In this document: positions 12,629 through 25,500 of the stretch, piece after piece
How the letters are laid out: each line of letters opens with the position of its first letter
Numbering within the stretch: position 1 is the first letter of the stretch
Assembly: GCF_000002075.1 (NCBI RefSeq)
Contig: NW_004797499.1
Span: forward strand, 489,271 to 552,185
Direction: 5' to 3'
Length of the DNA stretch: 62,915 bases
From: Aplysia californica
Taxonomy: Eukaryota
Translations under genes and position numbers: made by a program
Notes under the pieces: generated by a model
What the model saw: the letters and a program-made list of their open reading frames with translations, nothing else
What the model was told of the DNA's origin: nothing
The model's database searches: none

Positions 12629-14364
12629 CCCATTAGTGACAAGCCTCCATGAGGCTGACAGATGAACAAGGACCGGGACTGCCAGCTAAACGTGCAGAGG
12701 AAGAGTGCACCCATCTCTAAGACTAGAACAGTTTTAATTGAAACGAGCAAAGGCTGTGTTGTTGGTGGTTGGCGGGTGTTTTGATGTGGTTTGTTTCTTA
12801 TTTTTTATCAAACAGCTGTCGTCCTTGTCTCTCCTCCTTCTTCTTATGTTTGTTACTTTCTTGTAACACTTCAAATCTTCGGCACTTATTCGACCTAGTT
12901 GTGTTGCAAGTGCCGTGAAACTTTTCCTACAACAAAACAACTACTACAAAAAGAGGATATGTAGACTTCAGTTTAGCCAGTGTATGGAGAACGTGGATTG
13001 TAATGTAGAAAGTGGGACAAATTTGTGAAATATCTTTCTTCTGGGCGAGTATTCTCGTCGTAGGTTTCCAAGACAAGTATGGGCTAACACGTCGGTGGTT
13101 GTTAAGGAGGTAATAGTATAAACAATAATGAATCTAATAATCTAATCATTGTCATTCATAATTCTCCTATTATTAATTTTTAGCGTTAACATATCATTGT
13201 ACCTATCCACTCACATTCTTTGAGTCAATGACTGTCTGACATGAATAGGTTCACTGGTAGGGCAACCCCCCAAAAAGGACACAGGACAAAAAAGGATTAA
13301 TTTTAATAATCATACGTATCAGATGCAGCAGTGTAATACAATATCATATCGTTAACTTACACTTTGATAAAGAAAAGGATCTTAAGAGTTATAACACTTC
13401 CTTCCCCAGCATCGTAAGAATCATCTACGGTACAGAGAATTAGGAAAACCAGATGTAGAGGAGGTATGGTTTTATTGGACACTGCAATATAGATGATACT
13501 GTTTAAGACACATTTAAATCGCAAGAAATCTATTCTAGATTATAACAATTGGCAGGAAAGACCCAAGGAGAAGAATGCTACGACTGGGATTCAAGTGGAC
13601 TCAAGTGTTGGTAGATCTCCTATATTTTATCCAGGATATTTTAAAGTTGCGGTTCAATTACTCTACAGGAAATTGACCTATGACAATACAATTCGTGTGA
13701 ACAGTCTTTAAGATACATTTATACAAGGCAGTTGGCATGTTAACATTGGTTCTAGGTTTCTTTACGCTTTCCCACGAATAAACATGATTAAAAAGTCGAT
13801 ATGTTTGCGTGTCGTTGTTTGATAGTATTGCTTTGCAAATTAGATATTGTAAGCAAGTCCTTGTTAGTACGCACATGTTACAATCCGGATAAAGCGTACA
13901 TTTGACAAAGACGTCATTTATCCACTACTCAAGCCCCAACATTTCTCCACTTGACAATCACATTCCATGGAAAGCTGCTGACAGTCCCAGGCGAGAAGGA
14001 TAAAATAAACAGTCTTTCAAAACTCTTAATAAAAAAAGATAATGCATTGTATGCACAACGATCAATGCTTGGGTAAGTAAAACAGCATAGTTGGTAGTTG
14101 ATATTTGCACTATCTGTACGGTCTTTTGGGCCGCTGTACGGGCATAATTCAAAGACTGAACCCACTCTAGGCAGTATAAAGAGTTTACTAAAAGTACAAC
14201 CGAAAACTGCTTGTGGCTATCGGTTAGGCAATGGGCGATTGTATATTCTACTGAGATAAGACGTCCATGCCCCCCCTCCCCTTTCCAATGTTGTTTTACT
14301 CCCCCATTGACACAATTAAGAACTTTTAGAAGGGGGGACTTCTTCTTCTACTCTACCTGTCAGG

Positions 14365-14500
14365 GCCAACCGGGTTAAAATTTATACAGCTTCCCAACAG
14401 AAAGACTGGTTCTCGATATGACTTCTCCCCACGGGGAAATCGAACTAAGGTCTTCTGCAGTCGATGGCACAGCATTCAACCGGTACACCTCAGATGCTGA
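14365..14500 (-). mobile_element. Family B SINE, partial
   Basis: Reverse complement of head (ggaaatcgaactaaggtcttctgc..gatggc). Confidence 0.6.
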
Positions 14501-15059
14501 TGTATTCTGAGGCCCTGACGGGCAGCGTTGCAGCAGCACAGCTCCCAGGTCTGTATTCGAGGCGGAGTAAAGCAATTTTTAAAAACCCCAAAGAAACAAA
14601 TAAACAAAACAAAAAATAAATACTCCGAGAACAAATCCTTTATTTCCATAGTCCACTTGAATACTTTCGACACAATAAAAGAAGGGGTAAAAAAAAGAAA
14701 TCAGGTAAAAAAGTTGATTTTAAATGCTATGGTTCGTAATTGAAGACATACAGTTGATACATAACTACATAAAAATCTGATGGTGGTTGAATGGCGCCAA
14801 CGGTAGGTCCTACTTCTTTTCTTTCCCTCTGATGTTTCTGTCTGTCTGTCGTACCTTTTTCCTAGCACTAAATGACCGTTATTGTGTCGATGTGCTTCTC
14901 TTTACACTCAAACAAACATAAAAGTCACAGTAATCAATGTTATCTTTAAAAAAGAATAAACAGGGGCGACGCCCCTGATACTAGTGATACGTCCTGCTGT
15001 CTGGCTGTTTGTCAGCCTGCGTTTTTCTCTTTTCGCTTTCTCCCTCCTTCTCCCCCTCA

Positions 15060-15270
15060 CCGACGTCTGTGGTGCAGTGGTTAAGCACTTCGCCGTCTCA
15101 CGCAGGAGACTTGAGTTCGCTTCCTTTGTGGGAACAGTTTGTATCGAATTGAGTATCGGCATTTCCGCTGGAAGGTTGTACTCTTCTCAGCACGGGTTGG
15201 CATCTACAGGCCGGTTCGAAGTAGGTCGCTTCCTAAATGATCTAAACTGTGTTGATGGGGACGTGAAACG
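15060..15270 (+). mobile_element. tRNA(Asp)-like SINE (family B, ~210 bp)
   Basis: cgtctgtggtgcagtggtt..cgccgtctcacgcaggagac..gagttcg head; cctaaatgatctaaactgtgttgatggggacgtgaaac tail; several copies in the window. Confidence 0.8.
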
Positions 15271-16123
15271 TCTACGGTCTCCCTCTCTTGCCTGCCCTTC
15301 TATCTCTTGTTTTTCTGTTTCACTTTTTCTTTCATTCTCTTGTTTTCTGTGAAATGTACCCACAATCGAGTGCTCTCATAAAAGGATAATGCATACAAAG
15401 CAATAAAAGAGATGGCCAAAGTTCTTCCCTATGCCGATTGATATAGATATAGGATGTGATCACAATTTTCTCTCAGTTGTTTTTACCATCCAAAGTGATT
15501 CTCAGGTCTACTGTGATTGCAGTTCTCCATTATGTTTTTTCTTGGGGGTTGGGGGGGGGGGATGTGTGTGTGTGGAAATGGGGGAGGGGGGGCTCTTTTC
15601 TTTGCTCGTTAGGCTCCAATGCAAACACAAAGCGACAGCAACAAAGTTAATAAAAAACCCAAAAGCAAGAAGACAAGAAAACAATTTTTAAAAAAAATCT
15701 TTAAAAAGAAAAGAACCCATCCCCACCCCGCCCTACCCACACTCACACACAAAAAATAATATATTATTACCAGGATTCAAAGAGAGTGTGCATGTCGTTA
15801 TTTGAGATCATTTGCCAACTCTTCCGTACATCAGAGCACATGTATTCAAAGTGTCAGTTATCTGCTCTGTTATAGAACAATGATCATGTTTTTAAAACGT
15901 CAGCCCATTATGTTTTATTCATTCTTTTGCTCTTACCACTATGATTTGAAAATAGCTTTGAAAAAAAAAGGTGAACATTTGAGGCTAAAACTCAAACTGA
16001 ACAAGCGGATGAAGAGAGCACAGAAGTTATTCATGTCATCACTTGGAGAACCAATGATGATGTGTATTCCTAACCTCTTCTCGCTTTTTACTTTTCTGAC
16101 ATAATAGAATCTATGCTCTATAA

Positions 16124-16435
16124 TAGGAGTCGCCAACCTTTTTTTCAAATGGAGCCAAATAACTGAGGGAATGAGGACCGCGAGCTGAATGACTGTTTTG
16201 TCACATAAAAGCCCTGCAAGAGTGTGACGTTATGAAGTCTATAAAAGCACGTTCGATTGGCACTGTAGAGTTCAGTGAAATTATTGATTTATTTTGATAT
16301 CTCACGTCCCGAGCACGCAAAGACCCCCCCAGATCTTCCGAGGGTCTTTTTACGGCATGGTGGCCTGGCGGCAGACCAACCGAACTGACCTCGCTGGTCT
16401 AATCTGGCCCGCGGGCCGGGATTTGTCTACCCTTG
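16124..16435. mobile_element. hAT (Charlie-like) MITE just downstream of the P450 stop
   Basis: 8-bp TSD CTCTATAA at 16116-16123 and 16436-16443; termini TAGGAGTCGCCAAC / TTGTCTACCCTTG; ggcccgcgggcc subterminal palindrome. Confidence 0.8.
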
Positions 16436-16655
16436 CTCTATAAGTTAAAACCGGCAATACAGTCAATCTGTAGCGAAAAAACACTTGGTAATGTTGCCAG
16501 ATAGTTGAACGCTAGCAGGGCCATAATCAGAATTCGAAAAGTTCAATTCTCAGAGGCGCCATAGACGAGTAGATGAGGAGTGACGGCATCTAAAACTCCC
16601 ATTCGTGTATTTTCTTTGTCGCCCATCGCCGTAGACCGGGTAACTGGGAATGAAG

Positions 16656-16757
16656 TCACCCTGAGCTCTTCATCGGGTTTTGTTTACGTCTGCTCATCTG
16701 CACGTGCACACCATCACGAGCGACCAGGAACGGACGTAAGGCAACTTCCAGAGGAAC
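16656..16757 (-). CDS. P450 exon 13 (VPLEVALRPFLVARDGVHVQMSRRKQNPMKSSG*)
   Basis: CYP3-like terminal exon (VPL......P....GV.V....R); ttttactttaaaag acceptor; TGA at 16656-16658. Confidence 0.85.
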   Translation of the reverse strand, partial: VPLEVALRPFLVARDGVHVQMSRRKQNPMKSSG

Positions 16758-18446
16758 CTTTTAAAGTAAAAAGATGAATTATTGAAAAAACTTAGTCATA
16801 TAAGCTCATGGGGACTGAGAGAAGAATGGCAGAGTCACGGTGCTGCTAATGCATCGCTCAGTTGTACCGGTAGCGGTAAAAATAAACTTTGACCATCCAC
16901 CATGTCTTTGAGATAGTTTTAAAGGGTCTTTCGCACATGACGTCATGGCGACCCTTGTGTGTCCCCATAGAGGGTGGAGACCCCTGATATTTATTATCAT
17001 GGGTCAAGTAAGTACTAAACGGAGAACTCAAGTTTACTTTTACTTTTGTAACATTGCCCAACCGCGTGGAGGCAAGCTATAAAGGACGAGAGTAGTATAA
17101 TAGGAAGGCAGGGGCCACTATTGATTGACAACATAAAGTCATGGACAGACAGCACGATCTTTGCTTTATTTTCATTTGACCTAAACATTGTAACGTCTCT
17201 TTATACTGTATGTTCCATAGACTTGAATTGTAATATCCTAGACTGGGCGCTGCCATGGTGGCCGCTCTTTGCTCTCTATAAAATTTTACTGCACTGTGCA
17301 CCCCATGGACACTCAGATGAAGGAGGGGGGTCCTCGTGGTCTGGAGGTTAAGGTGTTCGCCTCTCATTCAATAGGTCGTGAGTTCGAATCCGGACGGCGA
17401 CGGAACTTTTCGCCTGTCACATTCTTTCCTGCTCTCAGTCTAACAATGTACTGTCGTCTGCTTTCGTCTCCACTTTCTGTCATAACCCCCTCACCTTCTT
17501 TGCTCCCTCAGCTGGGCTCCAGATTTTTTCTGCAGCCTTTCTACTGCTACTCCTTGGCTCCTTCTTACTGATGTCTTTCAGCCACACCCCGGATCTTCTA
17601 GTAGGAAATATCTAACACCTAACCTTCTCAGACAAGGACGAAAATTCTCGGAGGTCCCGTGGTCAAGTGGGCACGTTAACGATCCCTTGGTGTCCAAAAT
17701 CGATAAGAGTAGGCTTCAACCGCTACCCGGGCAAAATTAAAAAAATTCCTACCTACTGAAAATGTTTAATGTGTCCCGTGCATTCATACGACCTTATGCC
17801 GTTGCGAGCGCCGTAAAACATTTACCCCCCAACCAAAAAAAAAAAAGAAGAAATTTAATGAAGGACAAAACATCGCCTAGTTATAGTCCAGTACGTTTGC
17901 GGAACTTTCCCCTCTTTGTCCACTATTAAAATATGGCTCTAAATGAACCGGAATTGCACCAGGAGTGCCCTGTTTTGGAATTATAATACAATGTCTTTGA
18001 TATGTTCCAGGAAGATGGCCAGTGACCACAATACCTGAGTGAGATAACTTTAACAGTGAACAGGGTACCCGAGAGAGATAACTTCAACATTGAACCGGAT
18101 ACCTGAGTGAGATAACTTCAATAATGAACATAGTACCTGAGTGAGATTACTTCAATAGTGAACAGGGTACCTGAGTGAGATGCGAGGTCCTGATGTTGAA
18201 CTCTTGCAAGATTCGAACCAAGGACAATTTGAGGACAACCTGTGCCAACCTCTGACCCACACACATCCGGGGCCCCAAACCAAAGGGGATCCACGCGCTC
18301 TTCTGTAGCGGGTGCAGGCCAAGTGACGAGGGAGCGGTGTCGGAATCTGACTGCAGAAATCTGTCCGTGTTGATTCACATGAAATACCAAATTAACAGGG
18401 AATAGTTTAAAGAAGGAATGATAGTGGGGATGGTTACTGAATGTAT

Positions 18447-18503
<57 letters not shown>

Positions 18504-21500
18504 AGAGGGGGAGAAAGAGAGAAGGGGAGAAAGAGAGGGGGACAGGGAGAGAGAGAGGGGGGGGGGAGGGGAGTAGACTTTCAGGAGGGGGAGGGGGATG
18601 GAAGACTGATTTGTACGCCAGGAAAAATGCCACAGAATAGCCAAATAATAACTTTTAGTATTTTTGTTATGAGAAGAGGAATTGAAATTGTTTTCACACG
18701 GATCTTCTATATCTGTGAGACCGTTAGTCATACCAGTAACATTACTGTGTAAAGCTGAGAACAATTCCAATTAATTATACCTGTATGCCGCCATGACCAT
18801 TAACACACATCACATTCTCACAGAAGAGTAGTGTTTCAAAGAATGGTGTACAGAAAGGTGGGAAGACATGGTACAATATCAACGGGCTAGCCAAGGATAG
18901 GGAAAGGTGGAAAGTGTCTGTTCGTAGTCTATACCCTGATCCAGAGTGAAAAAGGCAATGATAATGATGTCATTCTCTCATATGACCTTAGCAGTTGCGA
19001 GCGCCGTAAAACCTTATACTATACATACATGACTCCTCCTTCCACCACCCCTCAGTCCTCCTTACTCGCCTAATNNNNNNNNNNNNNNNNNNNNNNNNNN
19101 NNNNNNNNNNNNNNNNNNNNNNNNNNNNNNNNNNNNNNNNNNNNNNNNNNNNNNNNNNNNNNNNNNNNNNNNNNNNNNNNNNNNNNNNNNNNNNNNNNNN
19201 NNNNNNNNNNCTCCTCCTTCTCCCTCTCGCTCATCCTCCTTCTATCTTTTCCTCCTCAGCCCTCCCTCATCTTCTTGCTACAGTCACAATTACAAAGTGA
19301 TAATGATAACATTATTCGTCAGGAGAAATGTCACACCCACCTGTAAACTGTGTACCGAACCGAACTTTGAATATCCTTTGAAATCCGAAGGATACCCGAA
19401 ACATTGCGAACAAAAGCTGGCTATTTTGACCACTGTTTTACTAACATACCTTTCGGGCAAGAATTCGCTAGGTCGGTCGAAGTAGCTTTGGTCGCAGTTC
19501 ATGGTGGAGCCCATCACCCTGACCACCGTCCCTTTGGAGAAGGGAATGTCGTTTACCGTGCAGTCTTCGATACACATGCGGGATACCCTGTGTCAAGATC
19601 AAGAGAGATCCACTCTCACAATTATTGTAATAAATAGCATTTGTATAGCGCATACTCCCGCTCATCAGCAAGCTCTTTGCACTTTACACTCTATTATTAC
19701 CCCAGCAGACCATAGAATACTCAGAAACATTCTCAGCTTACCGGGAAGCATACAGTGCAAGCAGCTTATTAAGCGCTCAAACACTAACAAATTGACAAGA
19801 TCTTTCGCTGTCTATAGCTGGGTACCAAGTCCCACCTGGTTGAAGTGAGGACAGTTCGTGTAATTGACACTATGTCGGGCCTCTGAAGGGATTTGAATCC
19901 ACGACCTTACGGTTGCGACACCGAGAGCCTTACCCCTTCTTACTCTTGGTAATAGACAATGCAATTATGCATGGCTTTTTGTCTTGACAGTCGATCTTAA
20001 AGCATGAGACATACTTTGCAGTAGATATAGAAGAAGTAGATTACCCAAGTCCGATTCCGTCTCTCATCTCTTGACTTCTTTGATGCTCCGAGGGAGAGAG
20101 ATCGTCAATACGTTTGGAATCAAGGAAGGTGTAAGAGTGCGTCTTACTATATTTTTACAGATGTTATAGGGACATTTTTAATGGCAAAGAAATTTTAAAT
20201 TACAAATTTTGCCCTGATGGCGGACTATCAACCTACTCTTCTATGATTTTAGATCGCAAACGAATCCTTAACGTGTGCAAGGAGCATACGGGATCTCCGA
20301 GATTTTTCGTCATTATCTGTGGAGACTATGGGCCTGTCTACTTTAAGATCAGAGATGAGGAAGAGGGAGATGGAGTGAGTGAAAGTATTGTACAAAAAAT
20401 ACTTTTAAAAAAATACGAAGCGTACAGCACGGGACATAATTTTATGAGACCTCAATAGGTGTACATGAAATTTCTACCAATTCTGATCTGCCTTTGTTCT
20501 CACTTCATCTCACTCTTCCCTTCTTTCACTTTCTCTTCTCGTCAACACCTTCCTATTAAGCTTTCCTCATCTTTTTCCTTGTCCTATCCCCCCGTCTTGT
20601 AATCTTTCCCTCCATCGACTATCAACAATACGTTAATGGCTAGAAACATACGAGTTTTTTTAACTTTGACAAAAAGAAAGGTATCACTCTAAACAGATCA
20701 AATCCTTGCAGAGCTGAGCCCTCTGTTGCCAGGCTTTGGACGAAAGACCACAAAACCTGGGACAACGCTTACATTCGAATCTCAAGGGCTCAGTTTTTGG
20801 ATAAGTTCATAACCTTAGGTACCACAGCAGCTGATCTGGATGGTCTGTAGAAGTGGTGCACAACCTGGACATATCCTTATTACCCATTGGCACCTTAAAA
20901 ACATGAAATTAGTACCTTCCTGTTTTATGGAACAATGTAAAGTTTATGTTCCGTTTGTAGTAGGGTATAGGCAAAGGGCTGAAAGATGATTAAGTACCTC
21001 TTTTCAAAGCACACTTGCTAAATAACAATGAAATAATCATTTCCTGTCATTTTGTCCAGTTGTTTAATTGCCAAGAGTGACTCACTAGTTTCTAAAAACC
21101 TGTTAGCAGATAACAAACGGTGGAGAGCATATAAAACAATTCCAATGATATACCCAGGCTATTACGGTAGCGTTTCGAGGACAGCAAACTGACGAGCTGT
21201 CATTGACAAACGTACATTTTACGATCACAGAACGAATCAATCCATATTTAATTAGGCAGAAAAAAGAAGAACTACAAATACAGGAAGAGGTCAAAAACTA
21301 GGTTGACAGTTATGGCAGTACCCTCTAGTATTACAATGATTATAGTCTACTAAAACAATATCCCTGAACTACATAAAAAAACATACCTCTGTTGTTAGAT
21401 ACGGGAATCATGAGTTAACGAGCTGACAATCGCACACGTTGCAATTCAAAAAACGAGGATACTTACAAACTTTTACAATAAGACAGCGCTTGTTTAGCTC

Positions 21501-22217
21501 AAATTCCTGGTCAACGGCAAGCTCTTCACACATTTTTGTGCTTAGTAAACGAGTATACATAATATACCTAAATGATGATAACAATAGATAGCGCTTGCAT
21601 GGCTTAATATCCCACTCAACAGCAAGCCCCTGTGTCGTTTACAATCTACATTGTTACCCCAGCAGACCTGAGAGCATTCTGAAACAATCTAAACTACGTT
21701 GGAAGTATAAAGTACAAGCTATCATTTCACACTTACATATGACACAATCTTCTTCTGTATGTTGCCAGATACCCATTAACACCTGAGTGAAATGAGGAAA
21801 ATTGAGCAGAGCATAGCAACATCGGGCCTACATTCTCACGATGACTAGTTCGGCAGCCTTACCACTAGATAAACAACGCTATATGTCGTGTGCAGATATT
21901 GGGATATACCGGGTATGGAGAGGACACGGCCTGAGATATTAAATTTACTCCTTGAAGAGGAAGAATTTTTCTACTCTAAAAACAACAACAACAACAACAA
22001 CAACAAAAACACAAAGATAAAACTAAAAACAACAACAACAACAACAACAACAAACAAAACATTAAAAACAGACAAACAGAACCTAAAAAAGACAAGGTTT
22101 AGCCCCCCAGCAATTAACAAAACCACACAAAAATCAAACAGAAACCTAAAACTACAGCAACAATAACAAAAGAAGACCAAACAAACAAAAACAACCCTAA
22201 ACAAACAAGCAAGCACA

Positions 22218-22304
<87 letters not shown>

Positions 22305-22531
22305 CGAACAACCAAAAACTAAAATAAGTAATAAATTCAAGACAAAAAACGAAATCATTAAGGTCCCCCTTATCTAAGTGCTGTCTATAAACTGTGTACA
22401 CTAACCCAGGAGCCACAGGGAACAATCGTAGCGTCTCGTTGATGAAAGCGTCCAGATATTGTAGGCTGTTCAGCTCTTCCAAGCTGGGCACGTCCTGGGG
22501 AGAAAACATATCTCCTTGTACAAAACATCTA

Positions 22532-22594
<63 letters not shown>

Positions 22595-25500
22595 ATCTGT
22601 TGNNNNNNNNNNNNNNNNNNNNNNNNNNNNNNNNNNNNNNNNNNNNNNNNNNNNNNNNNNNNNNNNNNNNNNNNNNNNNNNNNNNNNNNNNNNNNNNNNN
22701 NNNNNNNNNNNNNNNNNNNNNNNNNNNNNNNNNNNNNNNNNNNNNNNNNNNNNNNNNNNNNNNNNNNNNNNNNNNNNNNNNNNNNNNNNNNNNNNNNNNN
22801 NNNNNNNNNNNNNNNNNNNNNNNNNNNNNNNNNNNNNNNNNNNNNNNNNNNNNNNNNNNNNNNNNNNNNNTTGCTCTACCAGTATAAGTCACTAACCTTT
22901 GCAAATACCAATGCGTCCACTTCTCGTACAACCCGCTCAGCTTTTTGGGGGTACACGGCTAGCGTGTACAGACAGAAGGTCAAGGCCGAAGAAATAGGAC
23001 CGACACCACCTCCCACAAGGCCTGATATTTCCCCAACAACCTCAGACTCTTTCAAACTGGGTCTGCTTGATTGTTGGGCATGATTCACGTTTTGTTTTTC
23101 ATCCGTTTCTCGGCAGGGTGACGCCTTGCCCTGAGATGGCGACGTTCCAGAAGATTCTTGGTGCTTGATGAGCTGGCATATAATGTTTTTGTGATTATTT
23201 TTCTGGAACTGTGTGATATCATTCTGAAACAAAAAATGTTAAAATTAGAAAAGAAGACTGGATCCATGTTGATCTGCAGGTCAGTGTGGTACGTTCGTAG
23301 TTAATTTGGTGTATCTATTAATTATTGTGAAAGGCATCCATATCTGAGAGACTCGCACAAGAGTACTGCCGAAAGGATTTTTTTCCATGATTGTGCGATG
23401 GGGGTGTTTAAACTGTTTGTTAATCTGACAACCCTTAAGTTTTTTTTAGATCCCCACCGAACGATCAACTTTCGGGAGTCATGTCCTATTGAAAATACTT
23501 TCATTATATGGCAGCCACACACGGCACAGGCTGTCCTCTAGGCCTGGCCTCAATTGGACTGCGCAGACCTCACACAGACCTAGGGCAGGCCCAGCAGTCA
23601 AAACAAATCCTCTGCCTGTGTGAGGACTAAGCTAGGCCTGTCTGAATTCTGTCCTCGCCTGAAATTTCCTGGAAGCCAGTATGCCGAGTAGGTGTTTTAA
23701 TGAAAGAAAATGGCAACGTGGTCAAGAGACAGTGTTCAGGACTTTATTTTATATTTCCAAAGTGCAAAGAGGAAGGCAACAGACACCTCAAGGACAAAGC
23801 ATACGAGGAGTTCGTTAGTTACGAGAAAAACGTTCACACAAATGCAGTTAGGAACAGTGTCATTACAGAACAATCCTCATATGATCTGCGTGTAGCAAGG
23901 AATATTTATGTTGCAGTCAATCTCTCATGTGGCAAAATTGTCTCACTCATCATGGTATTCTGTTTTTCTATCAGGGGACCCACGATGTGCAGCAACTTGA
24001 TGAACGTGCTCTCGTCCATTCGTACATAATTCCGATAGTCTGAAGAATATTCAACCAATTCACGAAGCAAGTAGATGTTTGTGTGTTTAGGTCTTCAGAG
24101 AAGCCACTTTTTTATTTTTTACCAGAGCCTCTTTTGCTTCATTTTCAAATATAAACCTATTGCTAGACTTGTGGTTTGTTCCCACAATGGCAAGCACTAG
24201 GTTTGCACAGTCCTGGCCTGTGCCGTGTGTGTGCACTTGGCCCGGGTCGTCTCAGCGGGCCTCAGGAAAAAACTCAAGGCGGCCTCAAGGATCGCCTTCG
24301 GATCGCAGATCCCAAATACTGCCTGTATCGTGTGTGGCCCGCAATAGTCTTTGGTGGCGACTGTTTATAAAGCCCTTTATAACGATATTGTTAAGTTTAA
24401 AACTACAGAAGCAACAATAAGCAAGTAAATGTAGTTTATGTAAAACCTAAAGCAAAAATAAATAGCTTCGCGTAACTTAAACCCACATGCTACCTCAGGT
24501 ATAATCAATCAGTGCTGAAAGTGGTGTTCCGAAATCAGACATCAATCCTTTAAAAATAACTTGAAATTAAGCAGGCTATTACACATTAGCATGCCAGTGG
24601 AAACGTAACAGTTCTATGAGTCCAAAAACAAACAAACAAACAAACAAACAAACAAACAAACAAACAAACAAACGAACAAACAAACAAGCAAAGGAATAAA
24701 TAAAAAAACAAAAATTAAAAACAAAAATTTAAATAAATCTAACAAACAAAAGAACAGCAGTAATAAAAAAAAAGAAACCAAAAGACCAACCAACCAACCA
24801 AACAAAACAAACAAAGCACCTGGAGAGACCTCACAAACGTTGTGGCGTGTTGTGTCATCAGCTGGGTGACCTGGCGATGAGTTTTGTCCAGCGGTTTCAG
24901 GAGGCGGGTCAATAAGGGAAACAACTCTGATAAAAGAAATAAATAAATAAGATGCAAAAATAATCAAGTGTTGCTTCCCTTGAAAAAGAATGCAAATTAA
25001 TGAGGTCGTGCTGCAGCCACAAAACTTTTTCAAACACACACAAACCTTTGGAAATATAGATCTCNNNNNNNNNNNNNNNNNNNNNNNNNNNNNNNNNNNN
25101 NNNNNNNNNNNNNNNNNNNNNNNNNNNNNNNNNNNNNNNNNNNNNNNNNNNNNNNNNNNNNNNNNNNNNNNNNNNNNNNNNNNNNNNNNNNNNNNNNNNN
25201 NNNNNNNNNNNNNNNNNNNNNNNNNNNNNNNNNNNNNNNNNNNNNNNNNNNNNNNNNNNNNNNNNNNNNNNNNNNNNNNNNNNNNNNNNNNNNNNNNNNN
25301 NNNNNNNNNNNNNNNNNNNNNNNNNNNNNNNNACTTTTAAACAAATCAAATTTTCTTAATTTGCGGTATTGGTCGCAAGTGCTTGGGCAATATTTCGCCA
25401 AAATTTAAATTCCAAATGCTGAAAAAAAGCAAGAAAATATATATAATGGAGGTACAGTTTTTACAAGAATGAAAAGGCCCTTTATTTGTGAAAAAAAGTT

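Noticed and set aside
17325-17400. tRNA-like sequence (also at 15060, 38952, 44487 and 1465-1536)
   Set aside because: These are heads of multi-copy SINEs with degenerate stems and attached bodies, not tRNA genes.
18118-18633. ORF-track 171-aa protein
   Set aside because: Wrong frame over P450 exon 12 plus a microsatellite; the real frame encodes FGLGPRMCVG.
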